Numbered from the stretch's first letter, positions 43,606 to 56,980 are shown. The stretch is 58,356 nt of DNA from an uncultured Clostridia bacterium (GCA_947302045.1 CAMYUQ010000002.1:1-58356), one strand, 5' to 3'. A program made the numbers and translations. The notes: generated from the letters alone by a model not told the origin.

Positions 43606-44217
43606 TTATCTGCCCTGCTCACCAGAGGCCGGAAAGGGTTCTCCGAACGTCTCCCGGCAGAGTGCCTGCATCCGGTGGACCGGAAGCCCCACCACGTTGA
43701 AATAATCTCCCCGGATCTCCCGGATCCACAGGGAGGCAAGCCCCTGGATCGCGTATCCGCCCGCTTTTCCGAACGGTTCTCCGGAGGCAACGTACCACGC
43801 GATCTCCGACTTGGTCATGGGCGCAAAATCAACCTGCGTCACCTCGTGCGAAACCGCCGTTTTGCCGTTGCAGGCAAGGAAAATTCCGCTCACGACCCGG
43901 TGGGTTCGTCCCGACAGCAGCCGGAGCATCCGGCAGGCGTCCGCGGCGTCCTTCGGTTTGCCGAGAATCCTGCCGTCCACCGCGACCGTGGTATCCGAAG
44001 CGATCAGAAGTTTATCCCGCAGCTCGGCTTCCTTCCCTGCGAAGAGTTGCAGTGCCGCTTCTCCTTTGCGCCTTGCCAAAAGCTCGGAAAGCCGCTCGGG
44101 GTCGCGCTCGTCGGAGGTTTCGTCCACGTTGGGCGTCACGACTTCAAAGCGAACGCCGAGGTTCGCGAGGATCTCCCGGCGGCGCGGCGATCCCGACGCG
44201 AGAATACAGTCTTTCAT
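43606..44217 (-). CDS. maf: Maf-like nucleoside triphosphate pyrophosphatase (septum formation protein)
   Basis: ILASGSPRRREIL, DTTV, KAGGYAIQG. Confidence 0.9.
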   Translation of the reverse strand: MKDCILASGSPRRREILANLGVRFEVVTPNVDETSDERDPERLSELLARRKGEAALQLFAGKEAELRDKLLIASDTTVAVDGRILGKPKDAADACRMLRLLSGRTHRVVSGIFLACNGKTAVSHEVTQVDFAPMTKSEIAWYVASGEPFGKAGGYAIQGLASLWIREIRGDYFNVVGLPVHRMQALCRETFGEPFPASGEQGR

Positions 44218-45158
44218 GCGCGTTTTTTCGCGATCGCTTCTTTGGCGGCACGAACCAGATGTTCGACCGTCAGTCCGTAAGCTTCGAGCAGTGCCGGCAC
44301 CGTTCCGCTGTGTCCGTAGGTATCGTTCATACCGACGCGCACCACAGGTACCGGGCAGGTCTCGCCGACGACTTCCGCGACCGCCGAGCCGAGTCCGCCG
44401 ATGATATTATGTTCTTCCGCCGTCACGATCGCGCCGGTCTCCGCCGCCGCGGCGGTCAGGATCTCCCGGTCGATCGGTTTGATCGTATGAATATTGACCA
44501 CGCGCGCGTCAATTCCTTCCTGCGCCAGAGCTTCCCTCGCTTCCAGAGCAAGGGAAACCATCAGCCCGGTCGCAACCAGCGTCACGTCCCTGCCGTCCGC
44601 CAACCGGATCCCCTTGCCGAGGGTAAACCGATAGTCCGGCTTGTCGTTGATGACCGGCACGGCGTATCTGCCGAACCGCAGATAGAACGGACCGTTCGTC
44701 TTCAATGCTGCCAGCACCGCTTCCCTCGCCTCAACCGCGTCGCTCGGGTTGACGATCGTCATGCCCGGAATGGTGCGCATGAGGGCAATATCCTCGTTGC
44801 ACTGGTGCGTGGCGCCGTCTTCGCCCACGGTAATGCCCGCGTGTGTTGCGCCGATCTTGACGTTCAGATGCGGATAACCGATCGAGTTGCGCACCTGCTC
44901 AAAGGCGCGCCCCGCCGCAAACATGGCAAAGCTCGACGCGAATACGGTTTTTCCGGTCGTCGCGATCCCCGCGGCAACGCTCATCATATTTCCTTCCGCG
45001 ATCCCGCAATCGAAGAACCGTTCGGGATACGCTTTCTTGAAGATCACGGTTTTGGTCGCTTCCGCCAAGTCTGCGTCCAGCACGACGAAATCGTATTGAC
45101 CGGCAAATTCCACCAGCGCCTTGCCGTATGCTTCCCGTGTTGCAATTTTATCCGCCAT
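44214..45158 (-). CDS. transketolase, C-terminal (pyrimidine-binding) subunit
   Basis: 314 aa. DADLAEATKT, FDCGIAEGNMMSVAAG, GEDGATHQ. Confidence 0.9.
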   Translation of the reverse strand: MADKIATREAYGKALVEFAGQYDFVVLDADLAEATKTVIFKKAYPERFFDCGIAEGNMMSVAAGIATTGKTVFASSFAMFAAGRAFEQVRNSIGYPHLNVKIGATHAGITVGEDGATHQCNEDIALMRTIPGMTIVNPSDAVEAREAVLAALKTNGPFYLRFGRYAVPVINDKPDYRFTLGKGIRLADGRDVTLVATGLMVSLALEAREALAQEGIDARVVNIHTIKPIDREILTAAAAETGAIVTAEEHNIIGGLGSAVAEVVGETCPVPVVRVGMNDTYGHSGTVPALLEAYGLTVEHLVRAAKEAIAKKRA

Positions 45159-45159
45159 G

Positions 45160-45987
45160 TCAGTTGCCTCCCTTCAATTCCGCGATCGCCTGCGCATACT
45201 GTTCGTCGTTCGGCGCGGATCCATGCCACTTCACCTGATTTTCCATGAAGGAAACGCCTTTCCCTTTCACCGTTTTGGCAATGATCGCGGTGGGCTTCCC
45301 TTTCGTTTTTCTCGCTTCGGCAAACGCCGCGGCGATCTGATCGAAATCATGCCCGTCGATGGAAATGACGTGGAAGCCGAACGCTTCCAGCTTTTTATCG
45401 TGCGGCGTGGGGTTCATGACCTCTTCCACCGATCCGTCGATCTGCAAGCCGTTCCAGTCCAGAATCAGGCAGAAGTTATCCAGCTTATAGTGAGCGGCGA
45501 ACATACACGCCTCCCACACCTGACCTTCCTCGCTCTCTCCGTCTCCGACGATGGTATAGACGCGGTAATTTTTTCCGCCGATCTTGCCGGCAAGCGCCAT
45601 ACCCGCCGCCGAGCTGACGCCGAGGCCGAGCGAACCTGCCGACATATCCACGCCCGGGGTCAGAGTCATATCCGGATGCCCTTGCAGACGGGACCCGATC
45701 TTGCGCAGGGTCGTCAGCTCTTCGGGCGCAAAATATCCCCGTGCCGCCAGTGCGGCATAGAGTGCCGGCGCGCAGTGTCCCTTCGAGAGGACAAAACGGT
45801 CTCTCTCCTCTTTTTTCGGATCTGCCGGATCCACGTTCATCTCTTCAAAATACAGGTACGACAACAGATCGGCGATCGAAAGCGAACCGCCCGGATGCCC
45901 CGATTTTGCGGCATGGGTTCCCTCAATCACACCGATGCGAATCTGCTTCGCCCGCTCGCGAAGCAACTGCAACCGACTTTCTTCCAT
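45160..45987 (-). CDS. transketolase, N-terminal (thiamine diphosphate-binding) subunit
   Basis: Start at MEESRLQLL (GGGAGGGA SD). SGHPGGSLS, FVLSKGH, GDGESEEGQVWEA. Confidence 0.9.
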   Translation of the reverse strand: MEESRLQLLRERAKQIRIGVIEGTHAAKSGHPGGSLSIADLLSYLYFEEMNVDPADPKKEERDRFVLSKGHCAPALYAALAARGYFAPEELTTLRKIGSRLQGHPDMTLTPGVDMSAGSLGLGVSSAAGMALAGKIGGKNYRVYTIVGDGESEEGQVWEACMFAAHYKLDNFCLILDWNGLQIDGSVEEVMNPTPHDKKLEAFGFHVISIDGHDFDQIAAAFAEARKTKGKPTAIIAKTVKGKGVSFMENQVKWHGSAPNDEQYAQAIAELKGGN

Positions 45988-46079
45988 AACGTCCCTCCCG
46001 GAGTTTGTTTCTTTCCCGATTATTATACTACTTTTTGCCGTGTTTGTCAAGCACTTTTCACGTTCGTTTGACAGGATTC

Positions 46080-46122
46080 GACCCCCTGCGAAAAGGGGGT
46101 CTGCCGCGCTTTTTTGCGGCAG
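46080..46122 (-). terminator. tandem hairpins downstream of the ThyX-like gene
   Basis: gaccccct-gcgaaaa-gggggtc and ctgccgc-gctttttt-gcggcag. Confidence 0.5.
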
Positions 46123-46134
46123 ATCCCCTCCCGG

Positions 46135-46758
46135 TTATTCTTTGACGCAGATCAAATCCGCCGCATAGGGCAGAGATTCGATCCATGCGCAAAGCGTATG
46201 CCATTCCGCCAGCTTATGTGTCCGGCGTGCGTAGTACATATTGATGAGCGTTTCGTAGTTGAGCGAAACGGTGCGCATCTGATTATAAGAGGACGGCAAC
46301 AGCTGGATCAGATTGTGCCACGCCTGCTTGTCGTTCTTGTCGGCGGCAAACTTCTGCCGCTCGGATTCCAGAAACGCAATAAGCGTATCGAGCGCGGCAA
46401 GACCCGCCTCGTCCAGACGGTCGTGCGAAAAATCCTCCCGCTCGAAGGGCTTTGCGTGGATTTTATGCATGGTGGAACAGGAATTTGCAACCGTTCCCAC
46501 CTTGTAGGTATCGAACTCTTTCCACCAGTAGAGCGGCCCGGTCAGATCCACCGATACGAAGATCTGCCGCAGATATTTGCGGTGGTCGCTCCCGGCACGC
46601 GCCAGACGGCGGGCGAGATCCAGATCGTTCGGACCCAAAACATAATTTCCTTTTTCGTCGTAACCGCTGTCCATGCGCCCCCAACTGTTCAGAGGATTCC
46701 GCGCACCCCGGATCGCGTTTTCCAGATTCATGACCGCGCACCGTTCGATTTTCAGCAT
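46135..46758 (-). CDS. hypothetical protein, ThyX-fold-like but lacking the RHRxxS motif
   Basis: 207 aa, AAGGAG SD. GSDHRKYLRQIFVSVDLTGPLYWWKEFDTYKVGTVANSCSTMH parallels the ThyX segment GHETPFEH..FTF.V.APIFVARQWFRHR..S..E.SGRY. The catalytic RHR and S..RY residues are replaced. Assignment from memory of ThyX sequences only. Confidence 0.35.
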   Translation of the reverse strand: MLKIERCAVMNLENAIRGARNPLNSWGRMDSGYDEKGNYVLGPNDLDLARRLARAGSDHRKYLRQIFVSVDLTGPLYWWKEFDTYKVGTVANSCSTMHKIHAKPFEREDFSHDRLDEAGLAALDTLIAFLESERQKFAADKNDKQAWHNLIQLLPSSYNQMRTVSLNYETLINMYYARRTHKLAEWHTLCAWIESLPYAADLICVKE

Positions 46759-47438
46759 TTTCCCTTCTCCTTTTCCGATCGTTCTATTTGATTTAAAATT
46801 TCAATCACGTCCCGCGGCGTTTTCGCGAAATGACGCGCTCCGTGCTCTCGCAGGAATTCCTCCGGGCGAAAGCCCCACAGAACGCCGATATGTTCCATTC
46901 CGGCGTTTGCCGCCGTTGCAATGTCCACGTCGCTGTCTCCGACCATGACGCATTCCTCCGGTAAAACGCCCAGCCGCTCCGCCAGCCGTCCCGAAAGATA
47001 GGGGTCGGGTTTGGTCGGCTTGTCCGGAACGACTCCCTGCGTCGCGTCAAAGCTCCCCGGCAGGAGGACCTGCTCGCAGAGCCGGAGCAGATATTCGTCC
47101 TGCTTGTTGGAAAGAACGCCGATCCGGTACCGCGTATGCAGGTCTGCAATCAGTTCCGCCACGCCCGGGTAGGGTTCTTTGGTGTGCAGAAAAACTTTTT
47201 CCATGCACTTGTTATAGTACGCATACGCACGATCCACCAGCTCCGCGTCCCCGGCTTCCGGTTCCGGCATCGCCCGGCGGATCAGTTCCCGGGCTCCGCG
47301 GTTGACGTATTGCAGAATGTCTTCGTCGGTGTGCGTCGGATACCCGAATTCTTCCATTACCAAATTGACGCCCTCCCGGAGCGCCGAGACCGTATCCGCG
47401 ATCGTGCCGTCGAAATCAAAGAGTATCGCTTTTATCAT
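46752..47438 (-). CDS. HAD-IA family hydrolase (phosphoglycolate phosphatase-like)
   Basis: MIKAILFDFDGTIADT (DxD), VLSNK, MVGDSDVD. Confidence 0.85.
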   Translation of the reverse strand: MIKAILFDFDGTIADTVSALREGVNLVMEEFGYPTHTDEDILQYVNRGARELIRRAMPEPEAGDAELVDRAYAYYNKCMEKVFLHTKEPYPGVAELIADLHTRYRIGVLSNKQDEYLLRLCEQVLLPGSFDATQGVVPDKPTKPDPYLSGRLAERLGVLPEECVMVGDSDVDIATAANAGMEHIGVLWGFRPEEFLREHGARHFAKTPRDVIEILNQIERSEKEKGKC

Positions 47439-47454
47439 CGTCCCACCTCTTTTG

Positions 47455-48501
47455 TCAGAGCGAAAGCAGGATCAGAAGCACCGCCAGAGCCCATAACGTC
47501 GGGTTCAGAAAGAGCAGAAACGCCTTCTGTTTACCGGTCAGAGAAACCGTCGCTCTCTGCGGACGCAGTTTCCGGATCAGGAGCACGCCGGCAAGGATCG
47601 CGCCGACAAGCGAGAGCAAATAGACCCCTTCCTCCGCCAGGAGGAATAAGCTCAGCCAGAACGGTCGGTCGGCCGACATCGCAACGTCGGTCCCACCGCC
47701 GAGCCGCACGATCTCCGAGCTCACGATGCCGAACGCGTTGAACAGAAAATGCAGAAGGATCGAATACCGCAGCTTTCCGGAATAGGTGTAGACCCACCCG
47801 AACACGATCCCCACAAATAACGCGTAGAAAAACTGCGAAAGGTTGGTGTGGATCGCCCCGAACAGCAACGCCGAACCGAACACCGCGCAAAGATCTCCGT
47901 ATCTGCGCAAGCGGTCGATGACCAGCTTGCGGTAGAAAATTTCTTCCAGAATCGGCGCCGCAACCGCGACCAACAGGAAGTTGAGCCAGAAAGGCGTGTT
48001 CCGGGTCAGTTGATCCACGGGGCTTTCAGAGGTTTTCCCGGTCAGAAATCCCAGGATCCCGTTTGCAAAAGTGCCGAGCAGACTTCCCACCAGCGAAAGG
48101 GACAGGCAGGCGCCGAGCAGGCAGGCCATCGCGCCGATCGAAATGCGTCTGCCGCGATCCGGCGGCAGGGCGCGCCCCTGACGGAACACGATCAGGGAAA
48201 GCGGCATTCCGACCGCATACATCGGCAGGGCTGAAACGAGAAAATAAGCGACGTCGTTTTTTTGCACGTCGATCTTGAAAAGGTAGAGAATAAACGTCAG
48301 GACAAACTGCCCCAGAATCGTGCCGACGTAGATATTGAACACGCCGAAGAAGACCGACGCCGTGTGCAGATATTCCCGCCCCAGCGTAGTGGAGGGGCTT
48401 CCCGTCGGCTGTTGCAAAGCGCCGTTTTGCCCGGCGTCGGAAAGATCAAATTCCGAAATTTTCGGGTTTTCACGCTCACAGGGATGCTGCTGCGGTTCCA
48501 T
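47455..48501 (-). CDS. CPBP-family intramembrane glutamic protease (CAAX protease-like)
   Basis: APILEEIFYRKL, FGAIH and HFLFN motifs, multiple TM segments. Start at MEPQQHP (GGAGG SD). Confidence 0.8.
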   Translation of the reverse strand: MEPQQHPCERENPKISEFDLSDAGQNGALQQPTGSPSTTLGREYLHTASVFFGVFNIYVGTILGQFVLTFILYLFKIDVQKNDVAYFLVSALPMYAVGMPLSLIVFRQGRALPPDRGRRISIGAMACLLGACLSLSLVGSLLGTFANGILGFLTGKTSESPVDQLTRNTPFWLNFLLVAVAAPILEEIFYRKLVIDRLRRYGDLCAVFGSALLFGAIHTNLSQFFYALFVGIVFGWVYTYSGKLRYSILLHFLFNAFGIVSSEIVRLGGGTDVAMSADRPFWLSLFLLAEEGVYLLSLVGAILAGVLLIRKLRPQRATVSLTGKQKAFLLFLNPTLWALAVLLILLSL

Positions 48502-48686
48502 ATCCGATCCCCTCCTTCCGCTTCGCCCGATCCTGTTTATCATTATAGCACGGATCCGCCGAAAATGCAAGTCTATTTTTTATTCTCCGGAGTGAAAAGC
48601 GAAACCGGATCGACCGGTTTTCCGGTCGAAAAGAACGGCCGCGTTCCGCACCTGCGTCCGGGTTGAAAAAATTTTTGAAAAAACTC

Positions 48687-48715
48687 TTTACAAAAAGGAA
48701 ACGATGTGATATAAT
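48687..48715 (+). promoter_or_regulatory. promoter of rpsO
   Basis: TTTACA, 17 nt, TGaTATAAT. Leaves a leader of about 105 nt. Confidence 0.6.
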
Positions 48716-48827
48716 AAACGCGTATGACGTTGGCTCGGCTGAACGGATCTGACCGGATTTCCGGATCTTCACCCACCTTCGGCGGGGTCAGACGCATCAA
48801 AAATTTTTTTGAAAGGTGAAGAAACCC

Positions 48828-49091
48828 ATGCTCAAAGACGAAAAGCAGGCACTCATCCAGGAGTACGCCGTTCACGAAGGCGACACGGGATCCCCCGAGG
48901 TTCAGATCGCGATCCTCACTTCCCGTATCAACAACCTGACGGAACACCTCAAATCGAACAAGAAAGACTACCACAGCCGCCGCGGTCTGCAAAAGATGAT
49001 CGGACACAGAAGAAATCTGCTCAACTATTTGCAGAACGTCGACATCGAACGGTACCGTGCGATCATTGGTAAACTCGGTTTGAGAAAGTAA
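48828..49091 (+). CDS. rpsO: 30S ribosomal protein S15
   Basis: [13 protein letters not shown]...[51 protein letters not shown]. Confidence 0.95.
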   Translation: MLKDEKQALIQEYAVHEGDTGSPEVQIAILTSRINNLTEHLKSNKKDYHSRRGLQKMIGHRRNLLNYLQNVDIERYRAIIGKLGLRK

Positions 49092-49099
49092 AGCGCAAA

Positions 49100-49139
49100 G
49101 GGAGCGAGAGCAGCGGCAAAACCCCTGCTCCTGCTCCCT
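49100..49139 (+). terminator. rpsO-pnp intergenic hairpin (attenuator or processing site)
   Basis: 14-bp stem with one mismatch (gggagcgagagcag / ctgctcctgctccc), followed by tgcTTTTcc. Confidence 0.55.
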
Positions 49140-49295
49140 GCTTTTCCATTTTATTCAGTTCGTTCTCTCACGGAAGGATTAGCAGTTAACGAATCTGCCG
49201 AACCGGTTCGCCGTTGCTCGGCGGATGCGTTAAGTGCTAAACCTCCGCGGGAATGATAACAGACGGGAAAATATACAAAACGGAGGAAATTGAAA

Positions 49296-51416
49296 ATGTC
49301 CAATCCCATCAGTACCCCTATGCAATTCAAGAACTACAAGGTGTTCAACTACACCCTGGCAGGCAGACCGCTGGTGATCGAAACCGGCAAAATGGCCGGG
49401 CTTGCCAACGGCTCGGTGCTCTGCCGCTACGGCGACACCGCCGTTCTCTGCTGCGCGACCGCTTCCGAAAAGCCCCGCGACGGCATTGATTTTCTGCCCC
49501 TTTCGGTCGACTTTGACGAGAGAATGTACGCCGCCGGAAAAATTCCGGGCGGTTACCTCAAACGCGAAGGCCGTCCGAGCGAAAAGGCGATCCTGACCGC
49601 GCGCGTGATCGACAGACCGATCCGTCCGCTCTTCCCGAAAGATTTGCGCAACGACGTTGCCCTGACCCTGACGGTCATGTCGGTCGACCCCGACTGTTCG
49701 CCCGAGATCACCGCTATGATCGGCGCTTCGATCGCGCTTTCCATCTCGGATATTCCGTGGAACGGTCCGATCGGCGGCGTGTTCATGGGTCTGGTCGACG
49801 GTGAGATCGTCGTCAACCCCAACGCAGAACAGCAGAAGAAGAGCGACCTGCAACTGACGGTTGCCGCCTCGACGGAAAAGGTCGTGATGATCGAAGCCGG
49901 CGCGAACGAAGTGGATGACGACACCATGTATAACGCCATTATGAAGGCGCACGAGGAGATCAAACAGTTGCTCGTGTTCGTGAATCAGATCATCGCCGAG
50001 GTCGGCAAGCCCAAGTTTGCCTATCCTTCCTGCGAGCTCGATCACGATATGTTCGACGAGATCTTTGCGTTCTGCGAACAGGACGTGATGGCAGCGCTCG
50101 ACACCGACGACAAGAACGTCCGTGACGCGAAGATGGTTCCGATCAAGGACGCCATTCTTGAAAAATTCAGCGAAAAATATCCGAATCTGCCCACGCAGAT
50201 GGAGGAATTGGTCTACAAGATCCAGAAGAAGATCGTGCGCCGCTGGCTGCTCGTTGACAAAAAGCGTGTGGACGGCCGACGCATGGATCAGATCCGCCCG
50301 CTCGCCAGCGAAGTCGGCATCCTGCCCCGCGTACACGGTTCCGGGCTCTTCACCCGCGGACAGACGCAGGTGCTCACCGCCGCAACGCTCGGAACGCTTT
50401 CCGAGGCGCAGATGCTCGACGGCATCGACAGCGAAACCTCCAAACGCTATATGCACCACTATAATATGCCCGGTTTCTCGACCGGTGAAGCAAAACCGGT
50501 CAGAAGTCCCGGACGCCGCGAGATCGGCCACGGCGCTCTGGCAGAGCGTTCGCTGATCCCGGTTCTTCCCTCCGAGGAGGAATTCCCCTACGCCATCCGT
50601 CTTGTCTCCGACGTGGTCTCTTCCAACGGTTCGACCTCGCAGGGGTCTGTTTGCGGCTCGACGCTCGCGCTCATGGACGCAGGCGTGCCGATCAAAGCAC
50701 CGGTCGCAGGTATCTCCTGCGGTCTGATCACCGCTGAGGACGGCTCTTGGGATACAATGCTCGATATTCAGGGACTCGAAGACTTCTACGGCGATATGGA
50801 TTTCAAGGTCGCCGGTACCCACAAGGGTATTACCTCGATTCAGATGGACCTCAAAATCGACGGTCTGACCCCGGCAATTATCCGCCGCGCGCTTGAAATG
50901 ACGCACATCGGACGGGATTATATCATCGACGAAGTGATCCTGAAAGCCATCGCCGCTCCGCGTCCCGAAGTTTCGCGGTACGCACCCAAGATGACCACCA
51001 TGAAGATCGATCCCGAAAAGATCCGTGAAGTGATCGGAAAAGGCGGCGCGGTCATTCAGAAGATCGTTGCCGATACCGGAGCCAAGATTGATATTGAAGA
51101 CGACGGTACCATCCGCATCGCGGCGGTCAACAGCGATCAGGCGGAAGCCGCGAAGGCCTGCATCGACGCTATCGTGTTCGAGCCGGTGGTAGGCGCCGTC
51201 TATACCGGAACGGTCACGGGAATCAAGGAGTTCGGTTGCTTCGTCGAATACGCACCCGGAAAAGAGGGCATGGTTCATATTTCCAAGATCGCACCCCGCC
51301 GGATCGAAAAGGTGGAGGACGTTCTCAAAATCGGCGACGTCGTGAAAGTTAAATATATCGGGCTGGATAAGAAAGGGCGGATGGACTTCTCCATCAAAGA
51401 CGCACTGGACAGCTGA
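49296..51416 (+). CDS. pnp: polyribonucleotide nucleotidyltransferase (PNPase)
   Basis: Two RNase PH domains, then KH and S1 domains ([26 protein letters not shown]). ATG 49296 is 9 nt after GGAGG. Confidence 0.95.
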   Translation: MSNPISTPMQFKNYKVFNYTLAGRPLVIETGKMAGLANGSVLCRYGDTAVLCCATASEKPRDGIDFLPLSVDFDERMYAAGKIPGGYLKREGRPSEKAILTARVIDRPIRPLFPKDLRNDVALTLTVMSVDPDCSPEITAMIGASIALSISDIPWNGPIGGVFMGLVDGEIVVNPNAEQQKKSDLQLTVAASTEKVVMIEAGANEVDDDTMYNAIMKAHEEIKQLLVFVNQIIAEVGKPKFAYPSCELDHDMFDEIFAFCEQDVMAALDTDDKNVRDAKMVPIKDAILEKFSEKYPNLPTQMEELVYKIQKKIVRRWLLVDKKRVDGRRMDQIRPLASEVGILPRVHGSGLFTRGQTQVLTAATLGTLSEAQMLDGIDSETSKRYMHHYNMPGFSTGEAKPVRSPGRREIGHGALAERSLIPVLPSEEEFPYAIRLVSDVVSSNGSTSQGSVCGSTLALMDAGVPIKAPVAGISCGLITAEDGSWDTMLDIQGLEDFYGDMDFKVAGTHKGITSIQMDLKIDGLTPAIIRRALEMTHIGRDYIIDEVILKAIAAPRPEVSRYAPKMTTMKIDPEKIREVIGKGGAVIQKIVADTGAKIDIEDDGTIRIAAVNSDQAEAAKACIDAIVFEPVVGAVYTGTVTGIKEFGCFVEYAPGKEGMVHISKIAPRRIEKVEDVLKIGDVVKVKYIGLDKKGRMDFSIKDALDS

Positions 51417-51459
51417 TCGCCGCCTGCCCGCATAAATTGAATGGAAAGGAGATCAATCT

Positions 51460-52470
51460 ATGGCACCCCGTTCGTCAGACCCACGCAGTTTCAACACCGT
51501 TCGGCACAGTCACCGGGAAGAGCGTGCGCACCGTCGCCGTCAGGGACGTTTCGTACTGCTTGCCATCTTTACCGTTTTCACTCTTTTGATTCTGGCAGGA
51601 TTGGTCTTTCTGGTTCTCCTTGGCGCGCATTCCTGTAAATGGGAGTCAAGGACTCCGTATATCAGCGGACCTTCGACCGATTCGGACGGCATCGAGTATG
51701 TCACGACAAGTTTGAATTCCGACAGGATCCATGCCGGAGAGCTGATCGTCGTCAACAAGACGCACACTTATCAGTTCCCGTCGGTGAACAAGGATTACGC
51801 AAATCCCGAGGAGTTCACTACGATCTCTTCCGCGCAAACGATTTATACGGATGCGAATAACGAAACCATTTACCGGCGGAAAGAAGGCGTTGTGATCCGG
51901 AATGAAGTGCTTGCGGCGCTCGACGCGATGATGCAGGTATATTACCAATATGAAAAAGACGACAAGGTGCAACTCAAACTGGCGTTCCGCACCTATACGG
52001 CGCAGGAAGAGCTCGGCTCCGCAACCAAAGCGGGGTATTCCGATCACCATACCGGTTATCTGATCTCCTTGCAGGACGTCACGCTGGGAAGCGACCGTCT
52101 CTCCTCCGCGCAGGACTACTGGCTCGCGCAAAACAGCTATAAATACGGATTCATCCAACGATATCCCACCGGACACAGCGCGCATACGTCGGTAACCGAT
52201 TACACGAACGCCTACCGCTACGTCGGCATTCCGCACGCGACCTATATGGCGCAGAACGGAATGTGCCTGGAAGAATACGTGGAATATCTGCAAACGAACT
52301 GCAAATACGAACAGTCGCACTTGCAGATCGCAGGATATGAGGTTTACTACGTTCCGGCGTCCGGAGGAGAAAAGACCGACGTTCCGGTTCCCTCCGATGC
52401 TTCCAAATTCCCCTACACCGTATCGGGCGACAACCTTTCCGGATTTATCGTGACCGTTAAGATCGGATAA
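51460..52470 (+). CDS. membrane-anchored VanY/M15B-like D,D-carboxypeptidase homologue with substituted active-site residues
   Basis: N-terminal TM segment. FRTYTAQEEL, AGYSDHHTGYLISL and WLAQNSYKYGFIQRYP...NAYRYVG are colinear with the VanY motifs SGYRSY..Q, SEHQTGLA.D and WL..NA..YGFI.RYP...EPWH.RYVG. Confidence 0.65.
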   Translation: MAPRSSDPRSFNTVRHSHREERAHRRRQGRFVLLAIFTVFTLLILAGLVFLVLLGAHSCKWESRTPYISGPSTDSDGIEYVTTSLNSDRIHAGELIVVNKTHTYQFPSVNKDYANPEEFTTISSAQTIYTDANNETIYRRKEGVVIRNEVLAALDAMMQVYYQYEKDDKVQLKLAFRTYTAQEELGSATKAGYSDHHTGYLISLQDVTLGSDRLSSAQDYWLAQNSYKYGFIQRYPTGHSAHTSVTDYTNAYRYVGIPHATYMAQNGMCLEEYVEYLQTNCKYEQSHLQIAGYEVYYVPASGGEKTDVPVPSDASKFPYTVSGDNLSGFIVTVKIG

Positions 52471-52539
52471 GCAATCCCGGAAATCGGATGTATCAACGAT
52501 CCGAAAAATTCACACCCTACTCCAAACGAGATCGGAGGA

Positions 52540-52890
52540 ATGATGATGGAAGAAGAAATCTTACGGGATCCCGGGGAAGAAACCGCCGAGGAAACGGCCG
52601 GCGGCAAAGCGACCGGTAAGGATCGTTTTGCAAAGAAATTCCACGAGGCCCGGAATGCATGCGGCAACGCCTGCGCGCGCGTCCGCAAAGACCTGCGCGA
52701 GACGGGTTGGAATCCCTATATCCGCGCTACCAAAACCTATCGCTACGATTTTTACCGGTCGGAAAAGGATTCCGAACCGGTCGACAGCATGGTTCTGGAA
52801 CGGTCCGGCGGATGCACTCTGCGTACGCTGCTCCTGACCGCCGGAATTTTGGTCGCCGCGCTCACGGTTGGGCACTGTCTGAAAAAATAA
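52540..52890 (+). CDS. hypothetical tail-anchored membrane protein
   Basis: GGAGG at 52534-52538, three consecutive ATGs, acidic N-terminus, one C-terminal TM segment (LLLTAGILVAALTVG). No family recognised. Confidence 0.45.
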   Translation: MMMEEEILRDPGEETAEETAGGKATGKDRFAKKFHEARNACGNACARVRKDLRETGWNPYIRATKTYRYDFYRSEKDSEPVDSMVLERSGGCTLRTLLLTAGILVAALTVGHCLKK

Positions 52891-52902
52891 TCTGTCGCTT
52901 GA

Positions 52903-56127
<3,225 letters not shown>

Positions 56128-56140
56128 CTGTCATAAAAAA

Positions 56141-56172
56141 CATCCGCCCGCGAAGAAATTCGCGGGCGGATG
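56141..56172. terminator. bidirectional terminator between lacZ and the PII-like genes
   Basis: 14-bp stem catccgcccgcgaa / ttcgcgggcggatg, followed by a T-run. Confidence 0.8.
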
Positions 56173-56184
56173 TTTTCGGTTTTG

Positions 56185-56535
56185 TTATTTTGCCGCCCTC
56201 GGCGGTTCTTTCTCCGGCGCTTCGGAAAGCCCGACGATGCGATCCACCGGCAGTGAGAACGCGATCCCCTGCCCCGGCGTTTTGAGCCCGACGCTTTGGT
56301 AAAGCCCGTGCAGAATATCGTCGCGCAATTCGGTCGGGACCAGGATCAGAACCATTTCCTTTTCGGGCTGGATCGTAATCTTGAAAAGCGTTTCCGCCTC
56401 TTTTGCGGCGGTTCCGCGTGCGGAAAGCACCGTTCCGCCCCGCGCTCCGTATTCCTTTGCGGCGTCCATCACCGCGTCGCTGAATCCGGCGTTCACAATG
56501 CAAACGATCATTTCATGCTCAAATTTCATTTTCAT
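56185..56535 (-). CDS. P-II-like signal-transduction protein (DUF1538-associated type)
   Basis: 116 aa. Beta-alpha-beta layout MIVCIVNAGFSDAVMDAAKEYGARGGTVLSARG...MVLILVP...GIAFSLPVDRIVG resembles GlnB-like ferredoxin folds. No canonical T-loop Tyr. Confidence 0.6.
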   Translation of the reverse strand: MKMKFEHEMIVCIVNAGFSDAVMDAAKEYGARGGTVLSARGTAAKEAETLFKITIQPEKEMVLILVPTELRDDILHGLYQSVGLKTPGQGIAFSLPVDRIVGLSEAPEKEPPRAAK

Positions 56536-56953
56536 TTTTCTCCTTTGCCGTCATTCTGTTGTTGGAGAGAAACTGATAAATGGCAACTCCCATCACGCTC
56601 GAAAGCGGAACGGTATAAGCGATCCCTTTTCCGTTGCGGATCGTGCGGAATTTTTCCTCCACCGTTCGCAACGCCTCTTCCGCGCGATCCTCCCGGATCA
56701 GACTGAAAATCACGGTCTTTTCGGATTCTTCCAGCCCCATGTAGTGAAGCATCTCGGAACCTGCCGTTCCCTTTGCGCGTGTAACGAGCTGCATATTCAC
56801 TTCGAAAGACTGCAACAGATCAACGTAGAATTCGGCTTTGTTTCTGTTCACGATCGTGACAAGCAGTTTGAGTTTTTTCACTGCCGACGCCTGCCCGGAG
56901 GGCTTGGATTTCGTGACCCGCCGGATGATTTTGCCCGGATTTTCCATTCCCAT
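56519..56953 (-). CDS. second P-II-like protein with basic N-terminal extension
   Basis: 144 aa. LLVTIVNRNKAEFYVDLLQSFEVNMQLVTRAKGTA...TVIFSLIRED...GIAYTVPLSSVMG parallels the downstream paralogue. Confidence 0.55.
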   Translation of the reverse strand: MGMENPGKIIRRVTKSKPSGQASAVKKLKLLVTIVNRNKAEFYVDLLQSFEVNMQLVTRAKGTAGSEMLHYMGLEESEKTVIFSLIREDRAEEALRTVEEKFRTIRNGKGIAYTVPLSSVMGVAIYQFLSNNRMTAKEKNENEI

Positions 56954-56980
56954 AAGCGTTCCTTTCTCTGTTTTTCCCGG

